NCBI GenBank assembly: GCA_022486815.1
Contig: JAKVJW010000011.1
Span: 16,514 to 80,513, forward strand
Reading direction: 5' to 3'
Source of the DNA: Prevotella sp.
GTDB taxonomy: Bacteria; Bacteroidota; Bacteroidia; Bacteroidales; Bacteroidaceae
DNA: 64,000 bases
In this document: positions 30,712-37,841 of the stretch, piece by piece
Layout: every line of letters begins with the position of its first letter
How positions within the stretch are numbered: the stretch's first letter is position 1
Translations under genes and position numbers: made by a program
Notes under the pieces: generated by a model
The model's database searches: none
Told to the model about the DNA's origin: nothing
Seen by the model: the letters and a program-made list of their open reading frames with translations, nothing else

Positions 30712-31716
30712 ATGAAAAAGAATAGTATATCTGCTTTTTATTTGAAATGTATCCTTTTAGCATTACCTTTTATATTGTTGTTGGCCTTCTATATCTATAA
30801 GGATCCTTTTATGGTCCTTCGCCCTTATCAAGATTATGACCATAGCAGGATAAGTCAGAATGAGGGTGACGTGTCATGGATGAAATATAAGATGTATCGA
30901 AACAGGATGCATTATGATTCCTTTATCTTGGGCAACTCGTGTACTAAGGCTTTTCAGTCCTCTGACTGGAACCGGTATGTTCATGGCCATTCTCTTCGGA
31001 TGTTTGCCAACTCGGAAGATCTGGGAGGTGTTTATATGAAAATAGAAGCCTTGAACAGTCAGCCTGATCAACCGATCAAGAATTTGCTTTTGGTAATGGA
31101 ACCATCAACTTTTATCAATGCGGACAGTAAGGAGGATTTTATGCACATTATGCCTCCTGAAGTAAGTCATAAAAGTCAGATTACTTATCAGATGACTTTC
31201 TTACAGGGCTTCTTTACCCCTAAATTCTTTTTACCTTATATGAAATATCTGATTATAGGGAAATATACGGATAACATGCATGGTATCATCAATGAAGATG
31301 TTCTGACTCGTAGAAAATATTCTAATGACGAGATCTTACCTCAGGAAAAGGCTATTGCAAAGATGGGTGATGGTTTCTGGAAACAGGACTATTGGCTGAA
31401 AATACTTAAGGAATATCATCCTTTGAAGGTACAGCCTCGTGCTCTTATATCTTCTCAGGTATCAGAACTCAAGGATATCAAGTCTATCTGTCAGCATCAT
31501 CATACGAATCTGAAGATTGTCATCAGTCCTGAATTTAAGAAAAAGGTGATGAATCCTAAGGATATAGCTACGTTGAATGCAATATTCGGACCGCATGTAG
31601 TCTATGATTTTTCTAATAAGCATTATCTCTGGATGGATAATAAGCATAATTTCTATGATTCTGATCACTATCGTGTGACGTTGGGGAAAGAGATATTGAA
31701 GATCATTTATCAATAA
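30712..31716 (+). CDS. Membrane-anchored SGNH-type transferase (DltD/AlgJ-like)
   Basis: N-terminal TM helix, ILGNS, C-terminal FYDSDHY (DxxH). Confidence 0.7.
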   Translation: MKKNSISAFYLKCILLALPFILLLAFYIYKDPFMVLRPYQDYDHSRISQNEGDVSWMKYKMYRNRMHYDSFILGNSCTKAFQSSDWNRYVHGHSLRMFANSEDLGGVYMKIEALNSQPDQPIKNLLLVMEPSTFINADSKEDFMHIMPPEVSHKSQITYQMTFLQGFFTPKFFLPYMKYLIIGKYTDNMHGIINEDVLTRRKYSNDEILPQEKAIAKMGDGFWKQDYWLKILKEYHPLKVQPRALISSQVSELKDIKSICQHHHTNLKIVISPEFKKKVMNPKDIATLNAIFGPHVVYDFSNKHYLWMDNKHNFYDSDHYRVTLGKEILKIIYQ

Positions 31717-31723
31717 AAGAAAT

Positions 31724-31776
31724 TTAATTAACTCCGTAAATAACTACGAAACAGTTATTTGTGGAGTTAATTATTT
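31724..31776 (+). terminator. Terminator of the dlt-like operon
   Basis: taattaactccgtaaataact...agttatttgtggagttaatta. Confidence 0.7.
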
Positions 31777-31983
31777 GTGCATGGATCAGAGATTGTTCTT
31801 GAAGAAAAGTAAGCAGCCATAAGACCTAATTATAAACTATGAAAATGACGTAACTGTTGTTTAATCTGATTTCCTTTACATGGGATATGGTTGACCAGAG
31901 CAAGTAATACCATAAAGAAACGGTTAAAGATTTGAGGGATTTAATATAAATAGATGAACCATTAGCGGAATTAATGGTTCATC

Positions 31984-32439
31984 TTACAATAAAGCAGTCA
32001 TATAAAGGGGTAAGTATAAGATACCGTCTTCCATTTTAAGATCGGCAGTATGAAGAACAATGCGTTTATGAATCATGTACCCATATTTTTTCCCATTTTA
32101 TCAAGTGAAGTTGTAGTATAGTTTTTCCCCGATTTCACCTCTATGGCCGTTACATTATGGCGACTAGTTGTAATCGCTTTTGAAATCAGAAAATCAATTT
32201 CCATGTTTTGTGATGCATCATCCTTTGAATATGAAGAAAAGAAGTACAGATTATGACCAGCAGCAACCAACATTTGTGCAACGACATTCTCCATGAGCAT
32301 TCCTTCATTAAACTCCAGTTTGTCAAGCATCAATTTTCTGTAAATATCTTCTGATACTATACCATTCTCATCGAATGAATGGCTGATAAGCAAGCCAGTA
32401 TCTGCCATGTAGCATTTGGTCGTATATTTTTCGCTTCAT
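31984..32439 (-). pseudogene. AAA+ ATPase/DUF4143-family gene remnant with internal deletion and frameshift
   Basis: MKRKIYDQML N-terminus joined out of frame to KCYMADTGLL...ENVVAQML...EIDF...IEVKSG; tail ...ILYLPLYMTALL* in another frame. Confidence 0.85.
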
Positions 32440-32470
32440 ACCATTTGTCTTATTAAGAATAATACTAGGT

Positions 32471-32558
32471 TACACATTTCCATAGATTTTGAATATCGTA
32501 TTTTACACGTTTCCATAAATTTTAGATGGTACAAAAATACACATTTCCAATGATTTTG
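32471..32558. repeat. Three ~21-bp direct repeats (tacacRtttccaWWRatttt) at 33-34 bp spacing
   Basis: Copies start at 32471, 32504 and 32538, upstream of the ATPase pseudogene. Confidence 0.8.
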
Positions 32559-32695
32559 AAAAGATATTGTAAATAATTAGCATTTAAGTAGCAAGAAATT
32601 GATTTTATTAGTGTAAATAATAGATATCAAGCATATCTTAATTTGTCTAATCATAAAAAACGGCCGATAATCAAATGATTAACAGCCGTTTACTG

Positions 32696-32777
32696 TACCC
32701 AGAGCCGGGGTCGAACCGGCACGAATTGCTTCACTGGTGTTTGAGACCAGCGCGTCTACCAATTCCGCCATCTGGGC
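32696..32777 (-). tRNA. tRNA-Leu (CAA), CCA not encoded
   Basis: GCCCAGA acceptor stem, GGCGGAATTGGTAGACGC D-arm, CTGGT-CTCAAAC-ACCAG anticodon arm, long variable arm, GGTTCGA; TACCTTTG promoter at 32802-32809. Confidence 0.96.
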
Positions 32778-32928
32778 ATAACGCATGATTCTTATTGGCT
32801 GCAAAGGTAGTGCTTTTTTCGGAATTCACAAACATTTAAATTAAAATTCTTAATTTTTTTGTACGTTCCCTTTTTTCTTCTTATCTTTACCCTGCTAATT
32901 AAGGATAATTATAAATATGTTTTAAATC

Positions 32929-34020
32929 ATGGCTAAAACCGATGAGAATTATTGCGTGATACTGGCAGGTGGCAGGGGCAAACGTTTATGGCCTTGCAGC
33001 CGTGAACAGCAACCAAAACAGTTTATTGATTTCTTTGGTACAGGAAAAACACAATTCCAACAGACATACGATCGTATTTCTAAGTTTATTGAACCTAGCC
33101 ATATCTATGTGAATACGAATGAACAATATGTCGGAATGGTTAAGAACCAGCTTCCGGATCTGCCGGATGATAACCTGCTGGCTGAGCCGATCAATAGAAA
33201 TACGGCACCGAGTGTAGCTTGGGCTTGTTGTCGGATCAGTCATATTAATCCACAGGCCAATTTGATTATAGTTCCTTCTGACCAGACTATTATCAATGAA
33301 GAGGCTTTCCAGAAGAATGTGCTTGACGGACTGCAATTCGTTTCAGACAGGGATTGTCTGTTGGCTATGGGAGTAAAGCCTACTCGTCCTGAACCGGGTT
33401 ATGGATATATTCAGATAGGTGACAGTTCTGATCACAGCAACTTTTATAAAGTGCATACTTTTATAGAAAAACCAGACCGTTCCTTTGCCAAGATGTTTAT
33501 GGATAGTGGTGAATGGTATTGGAATACTGGAATATTTCTGGCAAATCTGCATGCTTTACAAGGTAGTTTGGCAAAGCTTTTACCGGGTGTGCTTCAGGAT
33601 CTTGATCGAACCGACCATAACATTACGATTCCTGAAGAAAATGCATATATTAAAGAGCACTTTTCTTTTTATCCTAACCTTGCTATTGATACAGGACTAC
33701 TTGAAAAGACCGATAATGTCTATGTCAAGAAGTGTGACTTTGGCTGGGCTGATTTAGGTACTTGGCATAGTATCTATGAGTTTATGCAAAAAGGTAAAAA
33801 GGATAATGTGGTCATTGATTCTGATGTGATGATGGAGGACTGCCGTGATAATATTATCAAGTTGCCTAAAGGGAGGATGGCCGTTCTCAATGGTCTTGAT
33901 GGTTTTATTATTGCTGAGAAGGATAATGTATTATTTATCTGTAAGAAGGAAGATTCATCTGCTCTTATCAGAAAATATGTGAATGTGGTTCAGATGAAAA
34001 GGGGTGATCAGTATATCTGA
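32929..34020 (+). CDS. manC: Mannose-1-phosphate guanylyltransferase
   Basis: ILAGGRGKRLWP, PKQF, EP..RNTAP, GYGYI, FIEKP, WNTGIF, WADLGTW. Confidence 0.92.
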   Translation: MAKTDENYCVILAGGRGKRLWPCSREQQPKQFIDFFGTGKTQFQQTYDRISKFIEPSHIYVNTNEQYVGMVKNQLPDLPDDNLLAEPINRNTAPSVAWACCRISHINPQANLIIVPSDQTIINEEAFQKNVLDGLQFVSDRDCLLAMGVKPTRPEPGYGYIQIGDSSDHSNFYKVHTFIEKPDRSFAKMFMDSGEWYWNTGIFLANLHALQGSLAKLLPGVLQDLDRTDHNITIPEENAYIKEHFSFYPNLAIDTGLLEKTDNVYVKKCDFGWADLGTWHSIYEFMQKGKKDNVVIDSDVMMEDCRDNIIKLPKGRMAVLNGLDGFIIAEKDNVLFICKKEDSSALIRKYVNVVQMKRGDQYI

Positions 34021-34030
34021 AATGATCTTC

Positions 34031-35149
34031 TTATTTTATAAATTGGATGCAAACAGGTTTACTGATTCTGATACTTTGTCGGGTATCTGTGAGTAATCCT
34101 GTGCGAGGATTCCTATTATATATTTCAATCTCATTACTGTCCCGGCAGGCCACGAGAAGGAATTTCCCATTTGGTGTAATATTAAAGTTCCGTGGGTGAA
34201 TTCCTGTGTTCTGGTATCCTGCCCAGGACAGTTGTCCTGTCAACTGATTTCTTGAAAATATGGCGATTCCATCATTTTTCAATCGATTGCTTGCATAGAG
34301 GAACTTTCCGTCTGGACTGATATGTATGTCAGCACTGCCTTGAGCATGATGAACGTCGGCAGTTATGACTTGAAAACGTTTGAGGTTCCCGTTTGCGTAA
34401 CGGAATACTGTAATATTTCCAGAGAGTTCGCTGATCAAATATGCAAATTTTCCATCTGAACTGAATATCAGATGTCTTGGTCCTGAATTAGTGTCAATGG
34501 TTATAGGATGGTCAAGTGGTAAGAGAGTGATCTTATCGGAAGCTAAGCGGAACCTTAGTATCTGGTCTGCGCTGAAATCTGTAGCAAATATGTATTTCCC
34601 GTCTGGGCTGAATCGGACACAGTGTATATGGGGGCTGTTCTGGCGTGTGATATCTGGTCCGCCGAGATGTCCATGGAACTGACGGATGATAGGATTTAAG
34701 CCTCCGTCCTTGCGTAATGGAAAAACGGACATGCTTCCGCCTGTGTAATTGGCTGTAATGACTTCATGACCGTTGGTTGATACGTAACAGGGGTCTTCTC
34801 CTTGAGTTAAGCGCCTGTTTATTAATTTCAGATGTCCGGTATTTTTGTCTATCATGTATGCATTTAAGGCAGCTGTGGTATCTGGCATCTCACTTACCGC
34901 ATAGATGAACTTTTCATCCTTTGAAGGAATAAGATAAGAAGGGTTGGGAACTGTGACTGAAGAAAGTGGAACAGATTTCCCTGTGTTCTGATCAAGTCGG
35001 TAGGTGTAGATTCCTTTGCTGCCTCCACCTGTATAGGTTCCGATGACCAGGGTTAACTTGTTTGTATTTCTACCTTTTATGAATGTCTTTCCATTCATAA
35101 TTACATGATTCCCCAATAGCAGTACGATCAATAATAGCAGTTTTCTCAT
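34031..35149 (-). CDS. Lactonase family beta-propeller (6-phosphogluconolactonase-like), exported
   Basis: IGTYT, NPSY, ANYTGG, PHIH, SGPRH, YASNR, HPRNF; start at MRKLLLL. Confidence 0.88.
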   Translation of the reverse strand: MRKLLLLIVLLLGNHVIMNGKTFIKGRNTNKLTLVIGTYTGGGSKGIYTYRLDQNTGKSVPLSSVTVPNPSYLIPSKDEKFIYAVSEMPDTTAALNAYMIDKNTGHLKLINRRLTQGEDPCYVSTNGHEVITANYTGGSMSVFPLRKDGGLNPIIRQFHGHLGGPDITRQNSPHIHCVRFSPDGKYIFATDFSADQILRFRLASDKITLLPLDHPITIDTNSGPRHLIFSSDGKFAYLISELSGNITVFRYANGNLKRFQVITADVHHAQGSADIHISPDGKFLYASNRLKNDGIAIFSRNQLTGQLSWAGYQNTGIHPRNFNITPNGKFLLVACRDSNEIEIYNRNPRTGLLTDTRQSIRISKPVCIQFIK

Positions 35150-35396
35150 AAATAAAATATCTTTGAGTATTCTTACGAGTGAAGTGATTCTGTTAAGCGT
35201 ACAAAGATACATGTAAAATTTGAAAGAGAAACTCTTTTTCATAAAATTTCAGTTTTATCGCTTTTCTGAATCCTATGCCGGATGGGTATCTGTTGTATTC
35301 GACGGAAAAGTGCAAACCTTCGGATAGTTCTGACGACTATATGTCACAGTAAGTCACGATCATAGTCTTTTTTGTTCTTGATGGTTCATACAATTA

Positions 35397-35480
35397 AGCT
35401 GTATGGTGCTATAACTAAGCTCTATGGTGCATACCGTTGAGCTCTATAGTGCATAGCGCAAAGCGCTATGCACTATAGAG
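35397..35480. repeat. Degenerate 21-22-bp tandem repeat ending in a perfect 18-bp hairpin
   Basis: agct(g/c)tat(g/a)gtgc units at 35397, 35418, 35440; ctctatagtgcatagcgc-aaa-gcgctatgcactatagag at 35442-35480. Confidence 0.8.
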
Positions 35481-35520
35481 GTATTAAACAATAGTAATAA
35501 TTGACTATTGACCGTAGTAT

Positions 35521-35564
35521 AAAAAATAATCCCCGCTTTTCTAAGGAGAAAAACGGGGATTATC
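35521..35564 (-). terminator. Terminator of the greA-HIT unit
   Basis: ataatccccg...cggggattat with an A-run on the left. Confidence 0.8.
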
Positions 35565-35588
35565 TTTTACGATTTTAATGCTTTTGAT

Positions 35589-36008
35589 TTAGCGGTCGTA
35601 AGAATTCGGATTCTGTTTCTTGAATTCCGTATAGATTTTATTGGAAATTTCCTTGAACTGATCTTCTGTGAGTTTTAGTTTTTTGCTCATATTGACATCT
35701 GATTCCTTGTTGAGTGGGATGAGTTGGATATGTGCGTGTGGTACCTCTAATCCCAAGACGATTTCGGCAACTTTCTTGCAAGGATAAGCTGCTTTCAACG
35801 CATGAGCGACTTTCTTTGCGAAGACTTCAAATTCAGCCAGGTCCCAGTCATCCATATCAAATATATAGTCTATTTCCTTACGTGGTATTACCAGAGTATG
35901 GCCAATAGCTACAGGATTGATATCAAGGAAAGCATAAAATTTCTCATCTTCCGCACATTTATAGCTTGGTATTTCACCATTTGCTATCTTACTGAATAAT
36001 GTACTCAT
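35589..36008 (-). CDS. HIT-family nucleotide hydrolase
   Basis: FSKIANGEIP, FLDINP..GHTLVIP, EVPHAHIQL. Confidence 0.9.
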   Translation of the reverse strand: MSTLFSKIANGEIPSYKCAEDEKFYAFLDINPVAIGHTLVIPRKEIDYIFDMDDWDLAEFEVFAKKVAHALKAAYPCKKVAEIVLGLEVPHAHIQLIPLNKESDVNMSKKLKLTEDQFKEISNKIYTEFKKQNPNSYDR

Positions 36009-36082
36009 ATCATTAATCTTTTATGATCATTGTGTGTTGATTAGGGCAATTGCCGATAGTTCCCTATACCGATTGCCAAAAG

Positions 36083-36550
36083 TCAGCCAACAGAAATCTT
36101 ATCGATTCTCAAATGAATTGTTCCACGAGGAATCTTGATTTCTGCAACATCACCTGCTTTCTTGTTCAACAATCCTTGCGCGATAGGGGTTTTAATAGAA
36201 ATCTTACCTTCTCTCAAATTTGCCTCGCTTTCACTGACAAGTGTGTATTTCATTTTCCTGTTGTTTGCCAGATTTGTCATTTCAACGGTTGAAAGGATCT
36301 GAACAACATCAGCTTTCAGTTTGGAAGTATCAACGATCTTTGCTTCAGCTACTTCTATTTTCATTTGGTTGATTTTAGCTTCCAGATGTGCTTGCGTCTC
36401 TTTTGCTGCATCATACTCTGAATTTTCACTTAAATCACCTTTATCGGCAGCTTCGCCAACGGCCGCAGATGCCTTGGGGCGCTCTACTGTTTGAAGCTCA
36501 TGGAGCTGAGCTACGAGCTTGTCGTAGCCTTCTTGTGACATGTAAGCCAT
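36083..36550 (-). CDS. greA: Transcription elongation factor GreA
   Basis: GDLSENSEYDAAK, ISIKTPIAQGLL; start at MAYMS (36550). Confidence 0.95.
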   Translation of the reverse strand: MAYMSQEGYDKLVAQLHELQTVERPKASAAVGEAADKGDLSENSEYDAAKETQAHLEAKINQMKIEVAEAKIVDTSKLKADVVQILSTVEMTNLANNRKMKYTLVSESEANLREGKISIKTPIAQGLLNKKAGDVAEIKIPRGTIHLRIDKISVG

Positions 36551-36593
36551 AATTTCTTCGTTTTTGGTTGATAAATATTTATTGAAGTAGAGC

Positions 36594-36706
36594 AAAAAAA
36601 ACATTGAATTCCGGCATCGCAGCGGTGATGTCGGAATTCAATATCCCTTATGTCTCTACTATAATCTTCTTTTGCAAAGATAGAAAATCTTTTTGAAACC
36701 GCCAAA
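36594..36706 (-). promoter_or_regulatory. greA promoter and leader terminator (candidate attenuator)
   Basis: TTTG-N20-TATCTTTG (36706-36675), then an 18-bp stem (36642-36603) and a T8 tract before the start codon. Confidence 0.6.
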
Positions 36707-36806
36707 TATTTAAGATAAAATTGATTTAACTCAATAAAATAATTATTTTGTAAAATTTGTGACATAAGAATGTTGGAGTTAATGTGATTTTTTTTATCTT
36801 TGCTTC

Positions 36807-36871
36807 GTGTTTTTCATAGTATTAGATTTAAGGTTAACAAAAGGTTGGGACTCAGCGGAGTCCCTTTTTTT
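36807..36871 (+). ncRNA. Candidate stand-alone small RNA (~65 nt)
   Basis: TATCTTTG -7 box at 36795-36802, no ORF, terminator gggactc-agcg-gagtccc-T7. Confidence 0.7.
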
Positions 36872-37007
36872 ATTTTCTGACACTTGAAAAAGATAAAAAT
36901 CTGTATTGGATATTATGGGTTATTTGCGATAATGATTCAAAAAAGTGTCCTTCACTTTTCTTGTGTTTTTCCCTCTTTCTAATGGGCAGAATTGTTGCCA
37001 GAAGATA

Positions 37008-37050
37008 TAAAAAAGCGATGTCCCCTTCTTATAAAAGAGACATCGCTATA
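37008..37050 (-). terminator. Terminator of the porin gene
   Basis: aaaaaagcgatgtc...gacatcgct. Confidence 0.75.
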
Positions 37051-37079
37051 AAATTCAAAATACGGCCTTGTCTTAAGTA

Positions 37080-37661
37080 TTATAAATGAAACTTGTAGCC
37101 GACGGTAAATTGAAATACGCTATTGCGTGGATTGCTGCTTTGATCGACATCGTATACATCGGTTATCCCCCAGTTATAACGGCCTTCGATGACAAAATCA
37201 TCATATTGATAGGACATCCCAATAGGGATTGATACATCTACGCTCTTTGCACCGGTTCCATGATCATCAACTAAAAATCCTGGCTGAAGTCCTACTTTAA
37301 ATGCGAAACCTGGAGCTACGTAAAAATTGGCAAGTACTGGAATATTGATATAATCCAGTTTGGTTACAGAGGAGAAACCATCATGATTCCATTTTGCTCC
37401 TTGAGCTGAATAGTCAGCTCCAAAACTAATACCAATATTCCGACTTGTATTTACCTCTCCTTCCAGTCCAAGAACCATTCCTACTCTTGAATCGGCACCT
37501 ACATTGGTCAGCGAAGCTACGTTGAGACCAATCTTAGGCTGAAGGGTAAAGGTACTGATATTACTTCGGCGATGAGCATATCGCCCGTAATAACCGCGAT
37601 GTTGGGCAAAAGTTCCAACTGTCAATAGCAGAGTAACTGCCAAAAGAATCATTCTTTTCAT
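37080..37661 (-). CDS. Small outer-membrane beta-barrel (porin family) protein
   Basis: Signal peptide, PKIGLN, YSAQG, LDYINIP, C-terminal VGYKFHL. Confidence 0.85.
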   Translation of the reverse strand: MKRMILLAVTLLLTVGTFAQHRGYYGRYAHRRSNISTFTLQPKIGLNVASLTNVGADSRVGMVLGLEGEVNTSRNIGISFGADYSAQGAKWNHDGFSSVTKLDYINIPVLANFYVAPGFAFKVGLQPGFLVDDHGTGAKSVDVSIPIGMSYQYDDFVIEGRYNWGITDVYDVDQSSNPRNSVFQFTVGYKFHL

Positions 37662-37758
37662 AATCGTTATAATATTTAGTTTATTCATTGTTCAGAAATG
37701 TCTTTCTGTTTTATGGTTAATGCAAATGTATAACTTTTTTTGTCTGTTCAACGTGCTT

Positions 37759-37808
37759 TTTCCCTATAAGGTATCGGAATTTCCCTATAAGGAATGGAAT
37801 TTCCCTAT
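37759..37808. repeat. Three TTTCCCTAT direct repeats at 20-21 bp spacing upstream of the porin promoter
   Basis: Copies at 37759, 37780 and 37800; TACATTTG -7 box at 37723-37730 on the minus strand. Confidence 0.75.
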
Positions 37809-37841
37809 GATGTATACAAAGATCCCTGATAGATTTACCTT

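Noticed and set aside
32600-32777. Active integrative element at tRNA-Leu
   Set aside because: No integrase and no duplicated tRNA 3' end seen in the window
35260-35390. Possible riboswitch upstream of the lactonase
   Set aside because: No recognisable aptamer consensus, and it lies upstream of the probable promoter
36551-36604. N-terminal extensions in the ORF track for greA (also lactonase 35150-35242, deaminase 41404-41475, hydrolase 8840-8902)
   Set aside because: Extensions overlap promoters, terminators or leader sequence; downstream ATGs fit family N-termini better
32471-37808. Short repeat arrays as CRISPR
   Set aside because: Only three degenerate copies each, no spacer-length unique sequences, no cas genes
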